Origin: Candidatus Blackburnbacteria bacterium RIFCSPHIGHO2_12_FULL_44_25
GTDB lineage: Bacteria; Patescibacteriota; Microgenomatia; UBA8517; UBA10165
Length of the DNA stretch: 47,612 nucleotides
NCBI GenBank assembly: GCA_001816455.1
Contig: MHCB01000012.1
Span: 1-47,612, forward strand
Direction of reading: 5' to 3'
Part shown: one piece after another, positions 16,454 to 25,874 of the stretch
Position numbering within the stretch: position 1 is the stretch's first letter
Layout of the letters: each line of letters starts with the position of its first letter
The notes under the pieces: model-generated
What the model was told of the DNA's origin: nothing
The model's input: the letters and a program-made list of their open reading frames with translations, nothing else
Databases searched by the model: none
Position numbers and translations under genes: made by a program

Positions 16454-17973
16454 GAACAACAAAATTCTTCCTAACCACCATTTTCTTAATAGCCCTAGCC
16501 TTACGTTTATGGTGGTTTCCCCAAAACACCTACTTTGGCTACGACCAAGCCCGAGACGCTTACGAGTCCCAGGTAATATATAAAAAAGGAGACCTAAAAA
16601 TTATTGGCCCATCAACGTCTCTAGAGGGGCTATATCATGGCCCCTTTTACTGGTATCTAATAGGCCCTGCTTATATTGTGGGAGGCGGTAACCCAACGAT
16701 TCCAGCCTTTCTGCTATCTGTAATCAACTCAACCGGTGTTTTTCTAATCTTTTTAATCGGCAAAAAAATTAGCGGGAAGAAAGTCGGGCTCATAGCAGCC
16801 TTTCTTTACGCGGTGTCTTATGAACAGACGCAATACTCACTTTACTTTGGAAACCCAGCTCCTGCGGTAGTTTCCATAATGTTGTTTTATCTAGGCTTTT
16901 TATACTTTGGTCTAGAAAGAAAGTGGTGGGGACTCTTGCTTGCGGTTATCGGACTTGGGTTGTCGATACAGTTCCAATTCTTCTTGGTTTATTTATCAAT
17001 TATTTCTCTTGTTCTATCCATGATCTTCATCAAAAACTTTAAGACATTCAATCTCAAACGGACACTACTGTTAGTTCTAACAGGCGTCCTTTCGTTTTCT
17101 TCGTTCATCCTTGCGGACATTAAATATGGCGCTCGAAGCTTTCGAATACTCTTAAATATCGCCCAAGGCGAAGGAGCCGCAAAGAATTTTGCAAAACTCT
17201 GGAGTAATTATTTAGACAGGCTGGAAATACACTTCGGCCACAACATCTTCTCAATTGATGGACATGGCCCCAGACTTTTAATTGCCATTCTGGTCATAGC
17301 TTCCGTATTCTTATGGGTAAAGCGCAAGAAACCTCGTCCCGTGCTGGCAGTCCTTCTGCTCTGGGTTTTCTCAAGCGCTCTTTTGATCTTTCTTGGGGGA
17401 CACAATCTTTACTACTCAAACATTGGAATATCAGCAGGAATTTTACTCCTCACTTCATTTCTAATGGTTAACCTCCTTAAAAACAAACTAGTAATAACAC
17501 TCATATTAATCGGAATAAGTCTAAGTAGCTGGAAACTTATACAAAAAAATTCTGTTGGTCCGATAAACGACATATATGTTCAAGAAGGCATGCTTCTGAA
17601 GGAAGAGAAAGCAATTCTCGAATACATCTACAAAACCTCAAACGGAAAACCAATTGTAGTTGCAGCAAGTACCATGCCTTTAAAAATCAACACAACTTGG
17701 TCCTATCTCTTCGAGTGGTATGGTAAAAGTAAATACGGATACCTTCCATACTGGGCAGGCGAAGCGGCTCCAGGATACCCGGGCAACCTTACTCCTTGGC
17801 GATCTCAGGTCCAAGACTATACAATGTTTGCAATAGTTGAACCGTCCCGCGGAGTAAGACAAGCATTTATAGATGGTTTCCTAAAGGAGCAAGAGCAATA
17901 CGGTAAAGTAATAGAAGAGAAACAGTTTGGAGAAAAACCAGGAACGCACTTTCTCGTTCAACGACGGAGATAA
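16450..17973 (+). CDS. GT-C fold membrane glycosyltransferase, ArnT/PMT_2-like (YDQARD-loop type)
   Basis: 507 aa. TM1 is followed by NTYFGYDQARDAYES...GPSTSLEGLYHGPFYWYL. About 12 TM segments and a soluble C-terminal region of about 130 aa. Confidence 0.7.
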   Translation: MRTTKFFLTTIFLIALALRLWWFPQNTYFGYDQARDAYESQVIYKKGDLKIIGPSTSLEGLYHGPFYWYLIGPAYIVGGGNPTIPAFLLSVINSTGVFLIFLIGKKISGKKVGLIAAFLYAVSYEQTQYSLYFGNPAPAVVSIMLFYLGFLYFGLERKWWGLLLAVIGLGLSIQFQFFLVYLSIISLVLSMIFIKNFKTFNLKRTLLLVLTGVLSFSSFILADIKYGARSFRILLNIAQGEGAAKNFAKLWSNYLDRLEIHFGHNIFSIDGHGPRLLIAILVIASVFLWVKRKKPRPVLAVLLLWVFSSALLIFLGGHNLYYSNIGISAGILLLTSFLMVNLLKNKLVITLILIGISLSSWKLIQKNSVGPINDIYVQEGMLLKEEKAILEYIYKTSNGKPIVVAASTMPLKINTTWSYLFEWYGKSKYGYLPYWAGEAAPGYPGNLTPWRSQVQDYTMFAIVEPSRGVRQAFIDGFLKEQEQYGKVIEEKQFGEKPGTHFLVQRRR

Positions 17974-17975
17974 AA

Positions 17976-18848
17976 ATGAAAACAGCAGCGATAATTCCCA
18001 ATTGGCAGGGTAGAGAACTCCTAAAAAAAAATCTTCCGGAAGTTCTTAAGGTTGGTTTCGACGAGGTGGTAGTGGTTGACGATGGATCAACTGATGGCAG
18101 TGTAGAATTTTTAAAATCTAAGTTCCCCACCGTCAATATTGTGCGACACAACAAAAACCAAGGCTTCGCAAAAACCGTGAATGATGGCGTGGAAAGTACG
18201 AATGCCGATATTGTTTTCCTCCTCAACTCCGACGTCATTCCAAAGAACAAAATCCTATCTCCAGTTCTTAGACATTTCAAAAAACCCGACATATTCGGTG
18301 TCTCTTTAAACGAAAAAAGGTATTCTTATGCGGTACCGAAAATCGAACACGGGTTCTTGGGGCACAGACCCGGCAAGGTAACAGACAAATCCCACAAAAC
18401 CTTCTGGATCAGTGGTGGAAGTGGTGCCTTCAGGCGATCTATGTGGAAAACACTCGGCGGCATGGACACAATGTTTAGTCCTTTTTATTGGGAAGATGTT
18501 GACCTCTCCTTTCGTGCCCAAAAAAGAGGGTGGAATCTTCTATGGGAACCAAAAGCCCAAGTCGAACATAAACACGAATCAACAATCAACAGCAACAACT
18601 TCTCGTTAAGATACTTAAACTATATAAAAGAAAGAAATCAACTTTTATTCCAATGGAAACACCTGGATACTTGGTTTTTGTTAACAAAACATCTACCCGG
18701 GCTACTATGGCGTCTTAAACATCCAGGGTACACAATTGTGATCTTTTTAGCTCTCCTAAAAACCCCCAAGATCATTGTACGGCGTATAAGAGAAAGAAAG
18801 GAGATAATTCTTGCCAATGAAGAAATCATCAACTCTTTCAAAATGTGA
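17976..18848 (+). CDS. GT2 glycosyltransferase
   Basis: 290 aa. AIIPNWQGRELL...VVVVDDGSTDGS...NQGFAKTVNDG...FLLNSDV...FYWEDVDLSFRAQKRGWNLLWEP. GGAGA lies 6 nt upstream of the ATG. Confidence 0.85.
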   Translation: MKTAAIIPNWQGRELLKKNLPEVLKVGFDEVVVVDDGSTDGSVEFLKSKFPTVNIVRHNKNQGFAKTVNDGVESTNADIVFLLNSDVIPKNKILSPVLRHFKKPDIFGVSLNEKRYSYAVPKIEHGFLGHRPGKVTDKSHKTFWISGGSGAFRRSMWKTLGGMDTMFSPFYWEDVDLSFRAQKRGWNLLWEPKAQVEHKHESTINSNNFSLRYLNYIKERNQLLFQWKHLDTWFLLTKHLPGLLWRLKHPGYTIVIFLALLKTPKIIVRRIRERKEIILANEEIINSFKM

Positions 18849-19659
18849 TATATCCATAGTTATTGTTAACTACAACACCGGAAATATCCTTACCAAGTGT
18901 TTAGATTCTATCTACAAAACAACAAATAACCTAAGCACTCCCAAAAGTGAAATCATAGCAATAGATAATGCCTCAACCGATAACTCTTTCACTTCTTTAA
19001 AAGAAAAAAGAAGCCTGAAATTTATACAAAACAGTCAAAACGTTGGCTTTGCTAAAGCCGTTAACCAAGGCATTAAAAAAGCAAAATCTAAGCATGTCTT
19101 ACTTCTCAATCCAGACACCGAAGTTAGACCCGAAGCGATAAACACGCTGTTAGAATTTGCTCAAACCAATCCAGATGCTGGTGTGATTGGGGCAAGACTA
19201 GTAAATCCTGATGGTTCTACCCAACCCTCCGTTTTCCATCTTCCTACTCTAATCGGTGCAATCAAAGAATACTGGTTTGGAGTTAAAAACTCCTTCTCCA
19301 AATATATCCCCCAAGGAAAAACTCCAACCCAAGTCGAGGCCCTCGTCATGGCCGCTTTTTTAATAACTCCAAAAGGCTTTAAAAGGGTTGGTCTTCTTAA
19401 TGAAAAGTTCTTCATGTACTTTGAAGACCTAGACTACTGCAAGCGGATAAGAAAAGCCGGCCTAAAGATCTACTATCTACCCAACGCGGAAATTATCCAC
19501 TATCATGGGGTTAGTGGTAAATCTCTTGCCGACCAAAAAGATCAATGGAGACGCTTGGTTCCTTCAAGTAAAATTTATCACGGCAAACTAAACCACTACT
19601 TGATCAATTCTGTTCTCTGGTCTGCGCAAAAATGGCAAAGACTCTTTTCAAAAACCTAA
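18817..19659 (+). CDS. GT2 glycosyltransferase
   Basis: The track ORF starts at TTG 18811; ATG 18817 is preferred. ISIVIVNYNTGNILTKCL...IAIDNASTDNS...NVGFAKAVNQG...LLLNPDT...MYFEDLDYCKRIRKAGLKIYYLP. Confidence 0.85.
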   Translation: MKKSSTLSKCDISIVIVNYNTGNILTKCLDSIYKTTNNLSTPKSEIIAIDNASTDNSFTSLKEKRSLKFIQNSQNVGFAKAVNQGIKKAKSKHVLLLNPDTEVRPEAINTLLEFAQTNPDAGVIGARLVNPDGSTQPSVFHLPTLIGAIKEYWFGVKNSFSKYIPQGKTPTQVEALVMAAFLITPKGFKRVGLLNEKFFMYFEDLDYCKRIRKAGLKIYYLPNAEIIHYHGVSGKSLADQKDQWRRLVPSSKIYHGKLNHYLINSVLWSAQKWQRLFSKT

Positions 19660-21377
19660 TCATACTCGTAATAACGTTAGCAGCCATACTTCGATTATGG
19701 AAACTAGACGTGGTTCCGGTTTCGCTTTTCGGAGACGAACTTGATGTTGGTTATCACGCCTACTCCGTTTTGAAAACCGGTAGAGATTATTCCGGTAATT
19801 TCCTCCCTTTGCATTTTCAGTCTCTGGCCGAATGGAGAACACCACTCTACCTTTACTCCGCAGTCCCAACTGTCGCGATGTTTGGAATCTCTCCGTGGGG
19901 CGTTCGTTTGCCAGCAGCAATGTTTGGAATACTCGGAGTGTGGTTGTTATATCTTCTTGTCAAATTAATGACAGGGAACGAGAAGCTGGCAACTTTGGCA
20001 AGTTTCCTGCTCACCATATCTCCCTGGCATATACAGTACTCTCGGGCAGGGTTTGAAGTAACCCAAATGCTTGCGCTTTATCTTGCTGGCTTATACTTTT
20101 TCTTCCGCGGATTAAAAACAGGAAAGTATCTGGTGTTTTCTGCTATTTGTCTGGCGTTCACACCTTGGGTTTACAGTACCGCAAAACTCTTCTTACCCTT
20201 AACCTTAGTAACACTATTTCTCATTTGGAGAAAGGACCTGTTCAAAGTATCGAAAAAATACCTATTGTGGGCTTGTGCTGCTTTTGCTGTGGTAGTCCTA
20301 CCCATCACCTACAGCACGATATTTGGAGGTGGGGCGGCAAGGTTTAATTACATTTCGGTTTTCTCGGATCCAACAATGGTTCCGGAAATAGGTTTCGCAA
20401 GGCTCAGGGACGCAAAAATGAGAACCCCGGAGGCCCAAATTGGCATACAGCCAACTGTTCTAGATCGCGCATTCCACAACAAAATTACCTGGCCATTTTC
20501 GTTTGTTTTTAGAAACTATCTTGAACCCTACTCTGCTAAATTTTTATTCATCGAAGGCGATCTGAATCCCCGCCACTCTCCCTCGGGCATGGGTCAAATG
20601 TACAAATTCGAATTTTTCTTTTTGCTTCTTGGGGTAGCATCTTTGATCTATTCTAAGTTAGATAAAAAAGTAAAGATCTTTCTCTGTGTTTGGACACTCT
20701 CTGCATCCCTTCCAGCCGCTCTAACCAGAGACGGGGGTCATCATGCCACAAGGCTGTTTTTCCTGTTACCCCCTCTTATTTTCTTAACCAGCCTGGGAAT
20801 TTATCAAGCTCACGAATGGTTAAACAAAAGATGGCAAAAACTATTTCTTGTTTCTCTTGGAGGGGTTATTCTGCTCTCTTTTGTATTTTACCAACACCTT
20901 TTTTGGGTACATTACCCGTGGGATTCAGAACGTTGGTGGCACGCAGGGTATGAAGATGCTATAAAAACAGCAGTGTCCGAGTCTGGAAAATACGACAGAG
21001 TTATAATTTCAATGGCTGGGGAACCAGCTTATATATTTTTCTTAGGCTGGTCTCAATTTGATCCAAAAGTTTTCCATCAAAACTATCAATATAGAGAAGA
21101 CGGCAAATGGTTACCGGTAGAAACGATTCCAAACTTTGGCCAAATCTCAAAGCTCGACAAGTATTACTTTGGCTCTCCCGGGGTAGATTTATATAGTCTG
21201 GCAAATGTGTTGCCTGACAGGACACTATATTTGGCAACAGCAAAGGAGGTAAATGTTAATCTTATACTCGAGCCAGAACGACTACCCGGGGATCTTAAAC
21301 TGGTGAAGTCATCACCGTTTCCATCAGGCGAACCGGCCTACTATTTGTTGACGAAAGTCGACAAACAAGGTCTTTGA
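19632..21377 (+). CDS. GT-C membrane glycosyltransferase, GT39/PMT_2-like, tandem-family member 1
   Basis: 581 aa. LFGDELDVGYHAYSVLKTGRDYSGNFLPL; ISPWHIQYSRAGFEV; FLFIEGDLNPRHSP; ALTRDGGHHATRL; C-terminal YDRVIISMAGEPAYIFFLGWSQFDPKVFHQ. Confidence 0.8.
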   Translation: MAKTLFKNLIILVITLAAILRLWKLDVVPVSLFGDELDVGYHAYSVLKTGRDYSGNFLPLHFQSLAEWRTPLYLYSAVPTVAMFGISPWGVRLPAAMFGILGVWLLYLLVKLMTGNEKLATLASFLLTISPWHIQYSRAGFEVTQMLALYLAGLYFFFRGLKTGKYLVFSAICLAFTPWVYSTAKLFLPLTLVTLFLIWRKDLFKVSKKYLLWACAAFAVVVLPITYSTIFGGGAARFNYISVFSDPTMVPEIGFARLRDAKMRTPEAQIGIQPTVLDRAFHNKITWPFSFVFRNYLEPYSAKFLFIEGDLNPRHSPSGMGQMYKFEFFFLLLGVASLIYSKLDKKVKIFLCVWTLSASLPAALTRDGGHHATRLFFLLPPLIFLTSLGIYQAHEWLNKRWQKLFLVSLGGVILLSFVFYQHLFWVHYPWDSERWWHAGYEDAIKTAVSESGKYDRVIISMAGEPAYIFFLGWSQFDPKVFHQNYQYREDGKWLPVETIPNFGQISKLDKYYFGSPGVDLYSLANVLPDRTLYLATAKEVNVNLILEPERLPGDLKLVKSSPFPSGEPAYYLLTKVDKQGL

Positions 21378-21382
21378 ATGAG

Positions 21383-22648
21383 ATGAAGTCAATAAATAAA
21401 ATACTTTTATCATTTTTCGTTTTTCGTTTTGCCCTGTCTTTTATTACATGGCACCCTGATCTAAATAACCACGTCGATTGGGGAATAAGATTCTGGCAAT
21501 ACGGTCCAGGATTTTTCTATAAAGCCAATGTCTGGAGTTTTACCTGGCCCAACCAACCGCCAGGGACTATTTATATATTTGCCGGAATTAGAAAACTCTT
21601 TGAAGCAGTCTTTTCCTTCTTCTGGTTTTTAAATGTAAACATCCCTCCTTTTCCTTCAAACATAATGTTGTTCTTCGAAACAAATCTCTACCAAACACTG
21701 CTAAAACTTCCCTATATTTTGGCCGATTTAGGAATAGCCTACCTTGTGTACCTAATTTTAAAGGAATTAAAACTCGGTAAAGGCGCCGTTTGGGGGGCAG
21801 TATTCTTTCTTATTAATCCGGTTGTTTTTTACAATTCAGTAATATGGGGACAAACAGACAGTCTTGTAAATTTCCTTGCACTCCTTTCTTTTTGGTTTCT
21901 TTTCAAAAAAAGACTTACTCTCGCACTTATCGTTTTTGCTGCTTCGCTCTACATAAAACTTTCTTTAGTAATCTTCTTACCAATACTCCTAGTAGTAGCA
22001 TTTCGTCAAAAATACAGTCCCAAAAAATGGGCAATAGGAATTGCCTTAGTTCTGGTTATATTCACACTACTTACACTACCGTTCTCCACAAATAGAAATC
22101 CCTTTGTCTGGTTGTTCTATATGTACAAAGACAAAGTATTAACCCAACAGCTACAAGTAATAACCGCCAACGCTTTTAATATCTGGGCAGGTATCACGGG
22201 GATTCACGAAAGGCCACACACCGCAATGCTAGGGCCTCTACCTTACAAACTGTGGGGGAATCTCCTGTTCGCTCTCTCTTATCTCCCGGCCCTAATTCTA
22301 GTTTTTAAAAAGCAAGATATAAAATCTGTTGTTTGGTGCCTGAGCATAGTCGCTTTCTCTTCGTTTATGCTTCAAACAAACATGCACGAAAGATACCTAT
22401 ATCCACTGTTTCCGTACTTTACAATCCTAGCTGTTCTTTATCCCGTACTGTCACCTCTTTACTGGGCAGTATCGGGTATAAGCTTATTAAATCTTTACAA
22501 TTTCTGGTGGTTTCCGAGAATAGAAGTTTTGGTAAAAATAATGTCTGCCTACGACAGAATAATGCCACGTATTCTAGGGTTCGTAAGTTTCTTCATTTAC
22601 CTACTAGTTTACAAAAGGTTTTTTAAAACCAATTTCAAAGAAAAATGA
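21383..22648 (+). CDS. GT-C-like membrane mannosyltransferase-type protein (Gpi18/DUF2029-like), interrupting the tandem family
   Basis: The track start is TTG 21374; ATG 21383 gives MKSINKILLSFF. WHPDLNNHVDWGIRFW...WPNQPPGTIY...LLKLPYILADLGIAYLVY...NSVIWGQTDSLVNFLALLS. About 10 TM helices and no large soluble domain. Confidence 0.6.
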   Translation: MKSINKILLSFFVFRFALSFITWHPDLNNHVDWGIRFWQYGPGFFYKANVWSFTWPNQPPGTIYIFAGIRKLFEAVFSFFWFLNVNIPPFPSNIMLFFETNLYQTLLKLPYILADLGIAYLVYLILKELKLGKGAVWGAVFFLINPVVFYNSVIWGQTDSLVNFLALLSFWFLFKKRLTLALIVFAASLYIKLSLVIFLPILLVVAFRQKYSPKKWAIGIALVLVIFTLLTLPFSTNRNPFVWLFYMYKDKVLTQQLQVITANAFNIWAGITGIHERPHTAMLGPLPYKLWGNLLFALSYLPALILVFKKQDIKSVVWCLSIVAFSSFMLQTNMHERYLYPLFPYFTILAVLYPVLSPLYWAVSGISLLNLYNFWWFPRIEVLVKIMSAYDRIMPRILGFVSFFIYLLVYKRFFKTNFKEK

Positions 22649-24171
22649 GCAGGCTCGCTCTTTTGCTGCTTCTGGTGGTTTCCGTTCTTTTGTACGGCAC
22701 CTTCCTTAATAGAACCCCCATACATCTAAACCAGGACGAACTTGGCTTTTCATTAAACGCTTATTCCTTAGCCAAAACCGGATTCGATGAGAACGGACGA
22801 TTTATGCCTCTGTATTTTTGGCACCTCGGAGTAATGTGGGCAACCCCAATTATCGTCTACCTGACTGCACTAATCCTTAAATTTCTACCATTATCGGAAT
22901 CAATTATTCGCCTGCCAAGTGTCTTTATCGGAGTTGTCGGAATTTCATTAATGTGGTTTCTGGGAAAACTGGTTTTTAAAAGTTGGCAATGGGCTTTTTT
23001 AACATGCGTACTCCTCCTGACAACCCCCGTTTACTTTATGCATTCCCGAATTCTTTTAGATAACCTCTATCCTATCCCATTTATTCTGAGCTGGCTGATT
23101 TGTCTTAAAGTTTTCTTAAAGAAAAACAAAACCTGGTTTCTTCTACTGGGCGTTCTACTGTTGGGAATCGGAATTCACAGTTACCACGCCACAAAGATTA
23201 TGATGCCTCTCTATTTCTTGAGCACCTTATTTGTAGTGCGAAACAAATTAAAAAAGAAACCAGTCCTCATTTTCTACCTGGTCACTGCCTTCGTCCTACC
23301 CATTCTCCCTCTGGTTTGGTGGCTGCAAAAATATCCTGACACGCTTGTTGATCAGGTTAAATATACTGGAATTTACGACACAAAGCTCCACCCGGCACTC
23401 GGATTCTTAACCCTTATTTCTCCGAACAACCTACTGCACAGAATAGATGTATTTGTAAACTTCTTTAATCCTGTTTTTCTATTTCTCAAAGGAGACCAAA
23501 GCCTCATCCATTCAACCCGCATGTCTGGAGTGTTTCTCCTGCCTTTAGTAGTATTTCTGCCCATAGGACTTTTGCTAGCCTGGAAAGGCCAGTCGGTATT
23601 CAACAAACTTCTTATCTTCTGCTTTTTTACTTCTCCTTTGGCAGCAACAATCGCAGGAGACCACTTTAGGATTTCTCGTGCTCTTTTTATGCTTCCGTTT
23701 GCGGTCCTGCTCGCCACATTAGGAATACAAAAGCTAATGCTAAGGCAAAAGAATTTAACCTACCTCTTGCTTCTGTTAATCCCTTTTCAATTTGGTTTCT
23801 TTTGGTATGACTACATGAAAGGATATAGAATCCGTTCCTACCAATGGTTCAACTACAACATTCCGGGTGCGCTTGAAGCCGCAATAAACAATTCAGACGG
23901 CAGAGAAAAAATATACCTGGACCACAGGGTTGGGTTTGTAGAAAAATATTGGCAATTCTACCTACTCAAATACAATCGACCCGAACTTTTACAAAAAACA
24001 GTTTATGCCGACCTCCGCTCCATAGAACCAAACTCCATGCCCGTAAAAAGCCTACTAGTTTTTCATTTCGACAACGTTGATGGAAACAAACAAACCCTAG
24101 GCCCCTTTAAAAAAATCGAGAATATAATCGAACCAGACGGCACCTCCAGGTTCTTCATCTACTCCAATTAG
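22645..24171 (+). CDS. GT-C membrane glycosyltransferase, GT39/PMT_2-like, tandem-family member 2 (most divergent)
   Basis: 508 aa. HLNQDELGFSLNAYSLAKTGFDENGRFMPL; TTPVYFMHSRILLDN; FLFLKGDQSLIHS; DHFRISRALFMLP. ATGA overlap upstream. Confidence 0.75.
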   Translation: MSRLALLLLLVVSVLLYGTFLNRTPIHLNQDELGFSLNAYSLAKTGFDENGRFMPLYFWHLGVMWATPIIVYLTALILKFLPLSESIIRLPSVFIGVVGISLMWFLGKLVFKSWQWAFLTCVLLLTTPVYFMHSRILLDNLYPIPFILSWLICLKVFLKKNKTWFLLLGVLLLGIGIHSYHATKIMMPLYFLSTLFVVRNKLKKKPVLIFYLVTAFVLPILPLVWWLQKYPDTLVDQVKYTGIYDTKLHPALGFLTLISPNNLLHRIDVFVNFFNPVFLFLKGDQSLIHSTRMSGVFLLPLVVFLPIGLLLAWKGQSVFNKLLIFCFFTSPLAATIAGDHFRISRALFMLPFAVLLATLGIQKLMLRQKNLTYLLLLLIPFQFGFFWYDYMKGYRIRSYQWFNYNIPGALEAAINNSDGREKIYLDHRVGFVEKYWQFYLLKYNRPELLQKTVYADLRSIEPNSMPVKSLLVFHFDNVDGNKQTLGPFKKIENIIEPDGTSRFFIYSN

Positions 24172-24203
24172 CCTTCCGGTATGCTTCTTGCTAAAATCAA
24201 TAT

Positions 24204-25874
24204 ATGCCTAAACCGGCGATTATACTTCTGATAGTTTTAGCCTTTCTACTCCGCGCAGTTGCTCTCTCTTCTTACCCAACTGGCTTTACGCCCGACGAAG
24301 CATCCTTTGGCTACGATGCCTACTCTCTTTTAAAGACCGGCAGGGACCAATGGGGTGAAACTCTACCTTTAACCTTAAGATCATTTGGCGATTTTAAGCT
24401 CCCCCTCTACGCCTACCTTACGATCCCCTCGATTGCAATTTTTGGTCTAAATGAATTAGCAACTCGCCTCCCAAATGCCATTTTCGGAACATTGGCCGTA
24501 TTGGCAACATATCTCCTCTCGCAGGAGCTATTTAAAAACAAAAAACTATCTTTTTTAGCTGCTCTTTTGCTAGCCATTTCCCCATGGCATATCGCCCTCT
24601 CCAGAGGAGCTTTTGAAGCAAACCTTACAACCTTCTTTCTGCCTTTTGGCGTATGGGCATTTCTAAAAGGAAAAAATAATCCGTGGTGGCTTGTCGTCTC
24701 GGCTTTTTGTTTTGGGTTAAATCTCTTTACATACCACTCTGCAAGATTGATAACACCGCTTATTGTCTTGTTGTTAGTCTACGGAAAATATGGGCCCACA
24801 AGACAAACTATATGGAAACACAAATCAGCAGTGATTATTTTCAGTATATTTTTCGTTGTCGCAGCATACACAATGTTTTTCGGAGCAGGAGCAAGAGGAG
24901 CCGATATTGCAATTTTTAATCCTACAGACAAGTGGGCATCAGTCGCCGATAGGCGCTATGAGGCGGTTCTTGCGGGGTTACCAGACTTCTTTGCCCGGTT
25001 GTTTTCTAACAAACTGATGTATGTTGTAAAAACTTTCCTAGCCAACTATTCCTCCTATTTATCTCCCCAATTTCTTTTTACCCAAGGCGCAGGAGAGTGG
25101 ACATACGGCATGATACCCGGGCGCGGCGTTCTTTATCTTATTGAATCGCTATTCGTACTAATTAGTGCGCTATATGTAGCTCGTGGGAGAGCGACAAAGG
25201 GATTATTATTCATTTTTCTGTGGATTCTTCTAAGCCCTATTCCGGGAAGCCTAACCAAAGGCCCTGGCCATGCCGGCAACAGAATTGCCGTTATGATGCC
25301 GGCTCTCCAAATTTTCTCGGCATATGGTGCGATACTCCTGATGGAGCTCATTGGCGATTGGAAGAAGAAAACAAAAAAGTTTTTGTTACCCCTCGTTATT
25401 ACACTATCTTTGTTGTCACTAACCTTTTTCTTAGAAGACTACATATTCCATGCCCCGAAGCACGCCGCGTCAAGTATGCTTTATGGAAGACGAGAGGCAA
25501 TAAAGTTTGCAAGCAGCCAGGAGGATAGATATTCAACTATTTTAGTAAGCCGTTCGCTGTCCGAACCCCATATTTATGTTGCGTTTTATAAACAATGGAA
25601 CCCCAAGGATTATCAAACCGCTTCTGTGGACTGGCTGCGTTACGAGAAAGAAAAACTCTCCTTCCTAGACCAGCTAGGGACATATTCCCTGGGAAAATAC
25701 TTATTCCAAAACATTAGTTTTTCAGACGACAAAAACCAAAAACACACTCTACTTATCGGGAAACCTGGAGAACTCCCTAGAGACGCCAATATAATCAAAA
25801 AAATAGACCTCCCCGATAACTCCCCAGCGATCTATGTGGTTGACCCGTCTACAACCCAAACTTCAATAAAATGA
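24204..25874 (+). CDS. GT-C membrane glycosyltransferase, GT39/PMT_2-like, tandem-family member 3
   Basis: 556 aa. FTPDEASFGYDAYSLLKTGRDQWGETLPL; ISPWHIALSRGAFEAN; FLFTQGAGEW; SLTKGPGHAGNRI; RYSTILVSRSLSEPHIYVAFYKQWNPKDYQ. Confidence 0.8.
   Translation: MPKPAIILLIVLAFLLRAVALSSYPTGFTPDEASFGYDAYSLLKTGRDQWGETLPLTLRSFGDFKLPLYAYLTIPSIAIFGLNELATRLPNAIFGTLAVLATYLLSQELFKNKKLSFLAALLLAISPWHIALSRGAFEANLTTFFLPFGVWAFLKGKNNPWWLVVSAFCFGLNLFTYHSARLITPLIVLLLVYGKYGPTRQTIWKHKSAVIIFSIFFVVAAYTMFFGAGARGADIAIFNPTDKWASVADRRYEAVLAGLPDFFARLFSNKLMYVVKTFLANYSSYLSPQFLFTQGAGEWTYGMIPGRGVLYLIESLFVLISALYVARGRATKGLLFIFLWILLSPIPGSLTKGPGHAGNRIAVMMPALQIFSAYGAILLMELIGDWKKKTKKFLLPLVITLSLLSLTFFLEDYIFHAPKHAASSMLYGRREAIKFASSQEDRYSTILVSRSLSEPHIYVAFYKQWNPKDYQTASVDWLRYEKEKLSFLDQLGTYSLGKYLFQNISFSDDKNQKHTLLIGKPGELPRDANIIKKIDLPDNSPAIYVVDPSTTQTSIK

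Noticed and set aside
18023-18031. Homopolymeric A9 tracts as phase-variation switches. They occur at 18023-18031 near the 5' end of a GT2 gene, at 10868-10876 in another GT2 and at 8657-8665 in the 8053 gene. Several A8/T8 runs are also present.
   Set aside because: The tracts encode Lys-rich (KK) segments and are expected by composition in an AT-rich genome. Their length is at the low end for slippage switches. A single sequence carries no evidence of length polymorphism.
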